DNA of 64,000 nt from Octopus sinensis (taxonomy: Eukaryota): contig NC_043000.1 of assembly GCF_006345805.1 (NCBI RefSeq), positions 156,302,001-156,366,000 on the forward strand, in the 5' to 3' direction. How positions within the stretch are numbered: the stretch's first letter is position 1; each line of letters opens with the position of its first letter. A program made the translations under genes and the position numbers. Shown here one piece after another: positions 12,491 through 25,575 of the stretch. The notes beneath the pieces were generated by a model. The model was not told the origin of the DNA and ran no database searches. It saw nothing but the letters and a program-made list of their open reading frames with translations.

Positions 12491-15400
12491 TATATACGAC
12501 GGGCTTCTTTTCAGTTTCTGTCTACCAAATCGACTCACAAGGCTTTGGTCGGCCCGAGGCTATAGTAGAAAACATTTGCCCAAGGTGCTACGCAGTGGGA
12601 CTGAACCCGGAACCATGTGGTTGGTAAACAAGCTACTTACCACGCAGCCACTCCTGTAGGTGCCAGTTATTGAATTAGAGAAATTGTATCAAAGTTATTA
12701 TTCTACATTTCAGAACTGAGGAACCAGCCAAAACCACCGTACAAAAGACCCCAGAACCTGCTGACCCGAAGAAGGATAAAGAGAAGAAAGATGAGAGTGA
12801 GAAGAAAGATGATGTAAGTTGAAAAGCTTTGTGTGGGTCTCTTCCCTAAATATTCCATTTATACACAGGGTTTTATGTTATCTGACTTCATATACTTACT
12901 TTTCATTTGCATGTATCTCTCCACCTTTCTGTTTAGTTGTCAGCCTGTCATGTTAGTCATTATATCTGTTTACTCTTTACTCTTTTACTCTTCTACTTGT
13001 TTCAGTCATTTGACTGCGGCCATGCTGGAGCACCACCTTTAGTCAAGCAAATCGACCCCAGGACTTATTCTTTGTAAGCCCAGTACTTATTCTATCGGTC
13101 TCTTTTGCCGAACCGCTAAGTGACGGGGACATAAACACACCAGCATCGTTTGCCAAGCAATGCTAGGGGGACAAACACAGACACACAAACATATACACAC
13201 ACACTTATATATATATACATATATACGACAGGCTTCTTTTAGTTTCCGTCTACCAAATCCACTCACAAGGCATTGGTCGGCCCGGGGCTATAGCAGAAGA
13301 CACTTGCCCAAGATGCCACGCAGTGGGACTGAACCCAGAACCATGTGGTTGGTTAGCAAGATACTTACCACACAGCCACTCCTGCGCCTATGTTAAATAT
13401 ATAATTTTAGCCTAAGTAAACAAAAATGGACAGACATGAGAGAAAGACTCAAGAAAAAGAGAATGAAGTAATAGTGAGACTGATAGATAAAGGCTAAAAG
13501 AAAAAAAAAGAAAGAGACTATAGTAGAAGAACACATGCCCAAGGTGCCACGCAGTGGGACTGAACCTGGAACAATGTGGTTGGTAAACAAGCTACTTACC
13601 ACACAGCCACTATCTTTCTGTTTCAGTCATTTTGTCAATCTAATTTGTCTGTCTCCATCTCCCTGTTTTCGATTCTTCCATCTGTGTATTCATGTGGAAA
13701 GCCCAGTGATAGATTGTCTTACTGATAGATGATTTAAATTCTTTTGTCCTGTTTTTGAAAGAGATGGGGTGAATGTAAAATGGTTTTTCTAAATCATCGT
13801 AGAATGTAAGTATCCAGCTCAATAAAACACCAGTTTCAGTTTTTCTGTCTGTTTTTTTTTTTTACTTCCATGCTTGCTTTAGTGAGCTTCTCTCTATTAG
13901 TATTTAAATGGTGCAAGCATAAATAGTAAGGAGTGCATCCTGCATTTGTAATTAGCTGTCTGCTTCATTTCTTGGTGAGAATGTAATCTATCTTGTTAAT
14001 ATGTCTACAAAAGTGGTGGATGATTATGTGAGTAATTGGTTTTCTGAAATTGGCTTTACAAATGGTTAGGTCATTTGCATCACTAAATTTCAAAAGTCTT
14101 GACTCTGCTTCATTTTTTTGCATCATAAGTACAGGCATCAGGTTCATCAGAATATCCATGCTGATACTGTCCAACATATGGGTTAAAGTCACCAGATAAC
14201 AAGATCACTGTTGTCTCTTTTTGAGATGTGTGCAAAAGTGACTCACTAAATCAACCCTTTTGTTCATGTGAGTCCTACCTGGGGACTTGTGTCACCTATT
14301 ACTTGTCTGTCTAATTTTATCACAACCTCAATTATCTTGTTTATCCATTTCTCTGCTAACAGTATATCTTCACCACCCATTCTAAAATTGTTATGCACCC
14401 CTAAGAATTTCTACATGTATTCCTTGTCTGAGAGGAGTTTGGCTGAAGCTCCTTTCCTTCTTACTTCTTGCACACAGCACACACCAACTTGTCTTTTTTT
14501 CTAGCATCTCTACAATCTTTCCAGATCTACCTTTCATTGTGCAACATTGATGGTGGGATCTGTAAGTTTCTGTGCATGAAAGGAAGAGGGCTTCTACTGC
14601 AGCTTGGTTGAGTGGGTTGTTGTATGTCTGTTTGCACTTGAAAAAAACAGAAAGTTGATGGGATCATTTGGTGATGACTGAGGGGTGATCAAACTTAGCT
14701 ACTCCACTATTGCATGCAGCAGTAACTTGGTAAATGTTAGTCTTGTGTGGTAAATGCTAGTTTTGTATATGCAGTTATGGTTTTCCAATAATTTTGTCTC
14801 TGTCTGTCTGTCTGTCTGTCACTCACACAAACTGTGTGTGATGACAAAAGAGGTAGACCTCAATGTTGTTGAGAATAGAGGACTATATATTTATTGAATG
14901 ATACAGTTATGGAGACTTCAGTTCAGGATTTGAAGTTTCTGTATCAATAATATGATAATCATTGCACTTCAGCTTTTATAAGCCCAGTGTACAAAGCACT
15001 ATCAATTATAAATACTGATGGTGCCACATGCAATGGGCTTATGATACCTGAAGAAATGTGACAATTATCGTATTGTTGACACAGAGACTTGAAGCCTCGT
15101 ATATTAGTCTCCATACCTGTATCATTTAATAAATGAATGAATGAATATATATATATATATTTTGTAGTCTCCAGAGTTTACTGCAAAGAAAAATCAAGAT
15201 GAATCACAGAAGAAATCGCCGGAATTTTCTAAGCAGAAACTCCCACAAACTGATGAAGATACTCCTTCTGAAACTGTAAGTATATCATATATAATAAAGA
15301 ATATTCTAGCATTGTCTTTCTTTTCTTCAATTTCATTTGATATTTATTTGTCTGTTTTTCATTATTCTGCTTCATTTTAATTTCAGAAAATGTGGTTTGC

Positions 15401-18400
15401 ACAGGTTGTAGTGGGTTGAATTTGATAAATAAAATGCCTTCCACTATTTAGTTACATTTCTTTCTTCTTGTACTGTATTAAAAGTTCACTGAGATAGACT
15501 TAGCTATTCATCTTTCAAGATTCTGTGAAATAAGTGAAGTCAGTCTTATACTGATATGAAATTAAATTGACTAATTAAATTTGTGGGGTTAGAAACTATT
15601 AATGTTTTCTTTTGTTGATAACCGATTCATTTGCATGGGCCATAAGCATTTTATTTGTTTATTTGCAGATTTCATTTTTGTGTTCATACCCTGCCAGGGT
15701 TGATCAGCTTGTCTTATGTCCCTCTTCATCATCATCATCATATGTCTGTTTTCCGCACTAGCACGGGTTGGACGGTTCGACCGGGGTCTGGGAAGCCAGG
15801 GGCTGCACCAGGCTCCAGTCTGATCTGGCAGAGTTTCTACAGCTGGATGCCCTTCCTAACGCCAACCACTCCGCGAGTGTAGTGGGTGCTTTTTACGTGC
15901 TACCTGAACATGCGAGGGGGGTCCGGCATCGGCCACGCTTGGTTGGTGCTTTTAATGTGTCACCGGCACGGAAGCCAGCCATCGGCCACATTCGGATGGT
16001 GTTTTTTATGTGCCACCAGCACAGAAGCCAGTCGAGGTGGCGCTGGCAATGGTGCTTTTTATGTGCCACCGGCACAGGTATCACAACTACTATTTACATT
16101 GATATTTATTTCGATGTTCATGTACTTGACTCAACAGGTCTCCTCAAGCATAGCGGGATGTTCTGGAATCCAAGGTACTTTGAATGGGCAGGGGCTATGT
16201 GGAACTGGTGCAGGAAGCAGCCCGGGTCTTTGCAGTCACAGCATATCTCCAGAGATCTCGGTCCTTCGCCATTGCCTTAGTGAGGCCCAACGCTCTGAGG
16301 TCATGCTTGACTACCTCATCCCATGTCTTCCTGGGTCTACCGCTCCCCCTGATACCTTATAGAATAATTAACTGTATTCATTGTAACCCAGTTGTTACTA
16401 TATTTCTGTTGAAACACACAGCCATAGTCTCAATTTTAACTTGCTACCTTCACCTATATATGCGTATGAAGAAATTCCAATAATCCATTGGGTTGTCAGA
16501 GCCATTTTTTACTACCTATGTCATTGTTTGGTATGTCTCAGGTACATTAGCAAACTTGATCCCTCTCCAACCTATAAAATACATTTTCCATCTTCATTAT
16601 CATATTATCATGATTTAACGTCTGTTTTCCATGAAAATATGGGCTGGACGGTTTGACAGGATCAAACAAGCCAAGGTGGGAAGGGAAATGAGAAGGAAAA
16701 TATAGGGGGCCAATATCATTTACTCTCTAACCAAATTATTATTATTAATTATATTTTTATCACTGTTATTATTAGTACTGAAGAGAAATTTCACTTGGAT
16801 GTTTTTGTATTTAAAACATTACAGCATCTTAATTAAATACCTAAGTATATACATATTACATACAAGTAATGGCTGAAAAATGGTATATCCTTAAATCCTT
16901 AAAAATGTATTAGCCCGAAGGCTGCGGCCATGCTGGGGCACCACCGCTGTTTTTTTTTTAATAAAAGAGAACATTTTATCACACTCTTCAAAAGATAAGA
17001 GACCTTCAATTGAAGATCTAAAGTTGTGTACAAAATATTTAGGTCAGCCAAAACAAAATCTTCACCAGCAACAGTTCAAAACTGAAACAATTTCAGTTGG
17101 CCAATTTTGCTTGAGCATCCTAAATGTGCTTTAATTGTGTTAACAGTTTGTTTTTTTGCACCTTCCTTCATTTCAAACAACAATGTTGAAAGAACAGAAA
17201 TTTGGTGAAAATCTGACAAAATATCAAAGGAATTGCATTAATTTCATTGCTTACAACATTGAAGTCATCTGTCTTAAATAAAATGCAGAGAGAGAGGGAG
17301 AGAGAAAGAGCGCAACTGCCATTCAAAGGGTATCTTTAATTTTTTTTTTCTTGTTTTCAGGAAACAGATAAAAAGACCAAAAAGAAGCGCCATCGTGACA
17401 AAACAGAGTACAGCTATGAGACTGGCTCCGAATCTGAGAGCGGATCAGATCCAGGGCCAGAACCTGCTCCTCCTGGTGAGTAGTTTTACACTGTTAAAGA
17501 TAATGTTCAATGTTTTGGACAGTCATATTGAGTAATTTTGTTGTTGTTGTTGTGAATGGAAAGTATCTCCTATTTTCAAAAATAGCTGCTGCATCAGATC
17601 AGACCCCAGAAAATGTGCATTACAGATGAAGTAACTTAAGATTGAGGCATGCTGTGTTATAGTCTATTCCAACTCTTGTCAGTATGGTGGGGTTAGAAGA
17701 TGGAGAAGGCTATTGGTGATACAGTAGGTAAAGCAGTTGACATATATGTGGTTGTGTGGTAAGAAGCCTGCTTCCCAACCATATAGTTCCGGGTTCAGTC
17801 CCGCTGCGTGACATCTTGAGCAAATGTCTTCTACTATAGCTTTGGGGGATGACCAAAGCCTTGCGAGCGGATTTGGTATATGGAAACTGAAAGAAGCCTA
17901 TCATATATATATATATATACTACACTACACTCTCGGAGTGGTTGGCATTAGGAAAGGCATCCAGCTGTAGAAACTCTGCCAGATCAAGATTGGAGCCTGG
18001 TGCAGCCATCTGGTTCGCCAGCCCTTAGTCAAAATCGTCCAACACATGCTAGCATGGAAAGCGGATGTTAAACGAGGATGATGATGTGTGTGTGTGTATC
18101 TTTGTGTCTATATTTGTCTTCACACCACTTGACAACTGCTGTTAGTGTGTTTATGTCCCCATAACTTAGCAGCTCAGTAAAAGAGAACAATACAATAAGT
18201 ACCAGGCTTGGTGAAAAAATGTGCTGAGGTCGATCCATTCGACTAAAACCTTCAAGTTGGTGCCCCAGCTTGGCCGCAGTTTCACGACTGGAACAAACAT
18301 AAGGTAAAAGATAAGAAAAATGATGTGTGTTGTGTAAAGTTGGTGCAAGTCTTGTTTACCACAGAATGAATAATAATCTTCAGCAAGCTATTTTACTGTT

Positions 18401-21400
18401 GGATCTACTGAACCAATCTGACTAAGAGGTAATGTACTGTATTAGAAGTGGTGGCCACTATGTGGGGACTGCACGGCACAGTATCTGAAGCAAAGTTGAT
18501 GCTTAGGGTCTTACCCAGTGGTTTTCAACCAGGGTTCCGCGGAACCTTAGGGTTCCGCCAGTACAGTCCAGGGGTTCCGCAAGAAGATACAAAACTGCTA
18601 AAATCGGCAGTAATTTTTAATTCCCCTGTGCAGATATGTGTGCATAAAACTATTAAATTATTGCACAGGGGTTCCTCGAGCCTGTGGAATGTTTCCTTGG
18701 GGTTCTGCTCCAGCAAAAAGTTTGAAAAGCACTGGCCTTACCCATGTCATGAATTGTATTTTATTTGTGTTAAAATTCTAGCTATTGAGCATTTATGCCT
18801 GTGTTTATAATCATCGTCATCATGTCCGTTTTCCTTGCTGGCATGGGTTGGACATCTTGACAGAAGCTGTTACGGTCAGAGGCTGCACCAGGTTCCATAG
18901 TCTATTTTTGCTTGGTTTCTATGGCTGGATGTCTTTCCTAATGCCAACCACTCCACAGAGTGTACTGGGTGCTTTTTATGTGGCACTAGCTCCTACACCA
19001 ATGCTTTTTAATGTGGCACTTTGGTTTTAGGATCTCAATTCTGCTGTGGTATGCAGGTCTTCTCAAGTACAGCCGTGTGCTACATATTACTCAGTTCTCT
19101 GTCATCTCCTTAATTATTATTTATTTAATTCTTTGCCTCTTTAATTTCCATGGAATCCTTAGTTAGTTGCATATCCGGGCATTTTAGAAATGATTTTAAG
19201 AGGAAAAGGGAAATTGCTCCAAAATGATGGAAGTGTCCTGTGGCTAGTTTGCAGGCTGCTGGGCAGAACACGTATATGGGCAAAACCTCAACTATCAATT
19301 TCCCTTTTTCTGTAGGCGTTGATGACCCTGATGCTGCACAGACTGAAGATGCCAGTGCCGAGGAGACCAAACAGCGTAATACCGAGGAAGAGGAAGAGGA
19401 GGAGGAAGAAGATGCTGGGAATGATAGCAGCAAAGCTGAGGAAAAGGAAAGCAAGTCTGGTATGTTTCTCTCTGATCTTTTCTTTGAGATTTACTGAAGA
19501 CAACTTAATTAATCAGAAATATTAAATTTCTAAATCTCTTGTAGAGACATGTACGGTGGTGGGGCGATAGAATGGTTGTATACTGTCAATCTAACATGAA
19601 CGTGACAGTAGGGGGTTACACCACCGCTGTTTAGCCCTAGGAAGCATCGACGCCTCCTGATGGCTTTGACACAGGAAAAACGTGTCAAAGCCATCAAGAG
19701 GCGTCGATGCTTCCTAGGGCTAAACAACGGTGGTGTAACCCCCTACTGCCACGTTCACGTTAGATTGACAATATACAACCAACTTAATTGATGGATAATA
19801 CTAATTTACATATTCCTACCATTTTTCCTCTCCTATATTCAGTATATTTCTCTTTATGCTCATTTTTCTTTGCTTTACTTTTTTCTTAATGTGTTTCTCT
19901 TTTGCCGTTCTCTCTGAGAATTGGATTGAGTGTGTCTGTACATTACGGTCATGTGATTGTGCACACACACACACACACACACACATGCTAACCACATGAG
20001 CTTATGCATTCATTTTCACAAGAATATCTGCATGCATATTTACATACATTGTTTACACCTAGGTTCACTCATCTATAACCTATCTGTTTCTTTATTACCC
20101 ACAAGGGGCTAAACATAGCGGGGACAAACAAGGACAGACAAACGGATTAAGTCAATTACATCGACCACTGTACACAACTGGTACTTAATTTATCGACCCC
20201 GAAAGGATGAAAGGCAAAGTCGACCTTGGCGGAATTTGAACTCAGAACGTAGCGGCAGACGAAATACCTATTTCTTTACTTACCCACAAGGGGCTAAACA
20301 TAGAAAGGACAAACAAGGACAGACAAACGGATTAAGTCAATTACATCGACCCCAGTGTGTAACTGGTACTTAATTTATCGACCCCGAAGGAATTTGAACT
20401 CAGAACGTAACGGCAGACAAAATACTGCAAAGCATTTTGCCCGGCGTGTAACAGTTCTGCCAGTTCGCCGCTATTAATCTATAAGCTATCTTGTACACAC
20501 CTGCTTTGAGACTGTCACTTCATATACTGTTGTTTAACCCTAGGTCAAGCCTATTTGAGCAGATTTTAATTGAAGTTATTTTAGCTGGGACCATTCTATG
20601 TTTTGCAGAGTATTTAAGAATATATTATTGAAGGAAAATTTGACTGCTGTTTCTAGCTGTATCAGCTTTAGAAATAGCTGTCAAGTTTTTCTTAAATGCT
20701 TTGTAGTAGTTACCTTGTTGGTTCATAACTCTTTATATTGTTAGTGAGTAGCATAGAGAACATCAGAATAACCTCTCTCTTTCCTCTTTTCTGTTTAGAT
20801 GAAAAAGATAAAGATGTTGATACTTCAGAGGAAAATGTTCAGCGTAAAACTGAGAACCAGACACCTCGAGCTTTGCATCGAACCTGTTCAATTTTTCTGC
20901 GAAACTTGGCCCCTTCTATTACAAAACAGGAAGTTGAAGGAGTGAGTATACAACATTATTGTATATATATAGCTTGTCTTTTTGAGATAATGTATAATGT
21001 ATTTTGTGTAGGTTACTTAAAAATATTAAAAATTAGTTTATGCTGATGCCACGTACAAAACGCCCATGCTGGTGCCACATAAATAGCACCCAACATCTTT
21101 ATATATAAAAGTGAAGTTGTGTGAGTGTCTGTCTACTACGATTTAGATTCCTAACTACTCCCACATTTTGCGGTGCAGTTTAACCAAAAGCGGGTATCTT
21201 ATAGTCGTGATTCATATCGAGCCCTTCTGGGTATTAGCGCACGTCTACGATGAGTCTACGATTTAAAAAAAAATTTACCATCATTTTTTTCCATTTTTAT
21301 GCATTTTTTCGCTATTATATAAGGAAAGTAACTCTCTAAAAATGCTTATATAGTTATTTCCCTTACAAACCCGAGCAACGCCGGGCGATACTGCTAGTAT

Positions 21401-23950
21401 TCTCTAAAGTAGTTGGCATTAGGAAGGACATTCTTCCTAACATAGAAACCAGGCTAAATCAGACTGGAACCGGGTGCAGTTCTATGCATGCCAACATAGA
21501 AAACGGATGTTAAAGGTTGATGAAAAGCCACAGGTGAACCCTGCCCTAGCCGTCTTGTAGCATGAATATATTCATGCTGAGTTGAGGATGATACTTATAC
21601 ACCCTAATAGGTATTGATGAATCGTATAGGGAGTATATACATTCCACTGTATTCTTGTATGTCTCTTCATTTTGATGGTGACCACAGAGGTAGGCTACAA
21701 GGACTTGGTCAGAGCACAACAGTTGCTGCTCCTCTGCTTTTATTCTTGACAATGTACATGAATATCGAATAAATATCAATGGAAATAGTAGTTGTGATAC
21801 CTGTGCCGGTGGCACATAAAAAGCACCATCCGAATGTGGCCGATGCCAGCGCCGCCTCGACTAGCTTCTGTGTTGGTGGCACATAAAAAGCACCATCCGA
21901 ACATGGCTGATGCCAGCGCTGCCTTGACTGGCTTCCTTGCCGGTGGCACGTTAAAAGCACCAACCGATCGTGGCCGAAGCCAGACTCCTCTGGCACGTAA
22001 AATGCAACCACTACACTCGCGGAGTGGTTGGCATTAGGAAGGGCATCCAACTGTAGAAACACTGCCAGATCAGACTGGAGCCTGGTGCAGCCCCTGGCTT
22101 CCCAGACCCCGGTCGAACTGTCCAACCCGTGCTAGCGCGGAAAACGGACGTTAAACGATGATGATGATGATGATGTACATTCCAGCACAGTGTTCGTGGG
22201 GCCTCAGTCAAGTTATTGATTTTGCACCTATTTCTCTATGTATGTGTTCCTTATGTTTGTCCATGATGCATGGGAAAGATAGTGTTTTTAGGGCGTTATA
22301 GTAATGCTCTGTGTAGTTGTATATGTGTCTCAGCACTTGGTAGTTGGGCTTTTTTCATTCAGTAGAAGGACTGTAAAAATTAGTCACTGATGCTTAATCC
22401 TAGGTTTATAATTTTTATCTTCGACACAGTGCGCTCTTGCCCAAATTATCCAATGTATATTTATTTTTAGGACAAATGGGAGTGATTTGAAGGTTTTTTT
22501 GGCTGCTATTTCTAGCACGTGAAGTGACTGTGTAGAGACTACCTCAAGTAACTTTGTGGATTAGCATTTTGGAGCTAAATGTTTCTGCAGGCTCACTCAT
22601 CTATATGGATTATTGCAGATTATGCTTTGTATTTGTAATTATTGGTTATGCCCCTTCACATTCCGAATTCAAATATTGCTGTGACTAGTTGTAAAGTGGC
22701 TCTAAGTTTACTGGGCCCTTGGCTGCAGGGACGGATACACTGTGAGTTTACTGGAGTGTTTAGCTTAACTTTCCATATTTAAAGTTATTGCTGGGGTCTC
22801 TGCTTGAAATGTCAAAATTCTCTTCTGAATGCATACAAACTTATATTCTGTGAATCATCATCATCATCATCATCATTTAGCGTCTGCTTTCCATGCTGGC
22901 ATGGGTTGGACAGTTCAACTGGGGTCTGGGAAGCCAGAAGGCTGCATCAGGCCCAGTCTGATCTGGCAGTGTTTCTACGGCTGGATGCCCTTCCTAACGC
23001 CAACCACTCCATGAGTGTAGTGGGTGCTTTTTACGTGCCACCCGCACAGGTGCCAGACGAAACTGGCAAACGGCCACAGACGGATGGTGCTTTTTACGTG
23101 CTACCGGCACGGGGGCCAGGCGAGGCTGGCAACGGCTACGATCGGATGGTGCTTTTTACATGCCACCGGCACGGGGGCCAGGCGAGGCTGGCAACGGCCA
23201 CGAACGGGTGGTGCTTTTTACGTGCCACTGGCACGGAGGCCAGTAGGTGCGGTGCTGGCAATGGCCACGATCGGATGGTTCGCTTACTTGTCACCGGCAC
23301 TGGTATCACAGCTGCAATTTCCATTGATGTTGATCGACTTCGATTTTGGTTCTGCTTTCTGATATCTGATTTGATTTGGTTTCAATAATTTATTTTTTCT
23401 CATTATTTTTGTTTTTAGACTTGTCGACGTTATCCTGGTTTCATGAGAGTTGCACTTCAAGACCCACAGCCTGAACGCCGCTTTTTTAGGCGTGGCTGGG
23501 TTACTTTTGAACGCTATGTCAACATAAAAGAAATCTGCTGGAACCTTAACAATATTCGTGTAAGTAGAATGTTGGTGATCTTTAATAAAACTGTAAATAT
23601 CGTACAAGACTAAATGCCTATGTTCTGAGTTCTCTTCTCCATCAATCAACTTGGTCTTCCATTATTGTCAAATTGTTGCACCCACCTGGTCAGCTTTGAT
23701 CAAGTAGACCCATAATCAAAGAATTTCTGATATACTCTATTACTCTTTTACCTGTTTCAGTCATTTGACCGCGGCCATGCTGGAGCACCGCCTTTAGTCG
23801 AGCAAATCGACCCCGGGACTTATTCTGTTGTAAGCCCAGTACTTATTCTATCGGTCTCTTTTGCCGAACCGCTAAGTGACGGGGACGTAAAAACACCAGC
23901 ATCGGTTGTCAAGCAATGCTAGGGGGACAAACACACAAACACACACACTT

Positions 23951-24007
<57 letters not shown>

Positions 24008-25533
24008 TACGACAGGCTTCTTTCTGTTTCCGTCTACCAAATCCACTCACAAGGCTTTGGTCGGCCCGAGGCTATAGTAGAAGACACTTGCCCAAGATGC
24101 CACACAGTGGGGCTGAACCCGGAACCATGTGGTTGGTTAGCAAGCTACTTACCACACAGCCACTCCTTGGGTGTGTTGGATATTTGGCTGTTATATCAGT
24201 TTGGTTGAGTGACCACATAGAGTCCCTTGTTTGTTCCAGGGTTGATGCCATATAACACCAGGTCGACTCTAATGGAGCGCTCTTATGCTTCACTTGTAGT
24301 CATCTGAATGATGAGGTGTGATTTGCAAATCTGTTGTGCTACTTATATAATAATAATAATAATGAAATTATTGTATACAGTGCTCAGGTGCACCACAACT
24401 TATCAAAATTGCGTATAAAGCATGTGCCTTAATGTACAAATGTCTGGAAAGCAAACAATGCATGAGTCAGATACATGCTTGGGTGTGTATGGAGGGGAGA
24501 AAATCAGGTGTAGTGTTGGCGAATCTCAGGAAGCATGGAAGTTTTGAAGGATGCAGTGCTCCGACAACTAACAACTGATGCCGGCAGTTTGTTCCATGCT
24601 TCAGCAACTCTCAGCGTGAAAAAATGTTTCCAAAAGTCATGGGAGCTGTGTTGTTTTCTGACTTTGTAAATATGTCCACGGGTGTTAGATGGGTGGAGTT
24701 TGAAAAGGTGCTCAGAGTTATTGTTGGTACGATGGTTGATAATTTTATAGGTATCTGCCAAGTCAGCTGCCAGGCGTCGGAGTTTCAATGTGTCCATGCC
24801 CAGGGAAGTAAGGTGTTCAGGATATGGCAAATGCCTGATGGAGGGTATTCTTTTGGTTGCACGTCGCTGAACAGCTTCCAGACGATTGATATCCTGGGCA
24901 AGATAGGGGTTCCAGACCAGTGATGCAAATTCCAGGTGAGGTCTTACCATAGCTATATAAAGCTGCAGATAGATAGTCGGAGAGCGGCTCACAAAGGATT
25001 TGGTGAGTGATGCCAAGACACCCTCAGCCTTCTTGACAATTTTAGCAATGTGTTTTGTCCAACGCAAATCACTGTCGACAATAACACCCAGGTTGCGTTC
25101 ACATGAAGACTTGTACTAAATCTTCTAATAACTAAAGACTATAAAGACTTAAGTATTACCCCACATGTGCAAGAGAGGATATGATTGATTGAGTGACTCC
25201 TGTTTGTATTTTAGGAACTACAGATGGGTACAAGGTAGAATTTGAACTCAGAATGTGGATAGGCAAAATGGAATTCATACATTTTTATCAATTTGTTGTT
25301 GTTTTTTTTTAACAGTTAATTATATTCCTTCATATGTAGAATAAAAATAATTTTAAAAATCATTGTTAGGCGCAGGAGTGGCTGTGTGGTAAGTAGCTTG
25401 CTTACGAACCACATGGTTCCGGGTTCAGTCCCACTGCGTGGCACCTTGGGCAAGTGTCTTCTACTATAGCCTCAGGCCGACTAAAGCCTTGTGAGTGGAT
25501 TTGGTAGACGGAAACTGAAAGAAGCCCGTCGTA

Positions 25534-25575
<42 letters not shown>

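Noticed and set aside
22990-23320. Repeat/spacer-like units in family C as a CRISPR-like array
   Set aside because: The intervening segments are homologous to each other and the array is part of a LINE 3' UTR.
22804-23388. Recurrent [11 protein letters not shown] / DALPNANHS ORFs
   Set aside because: Chance frames antisense to the family C repeat; not a gene family.
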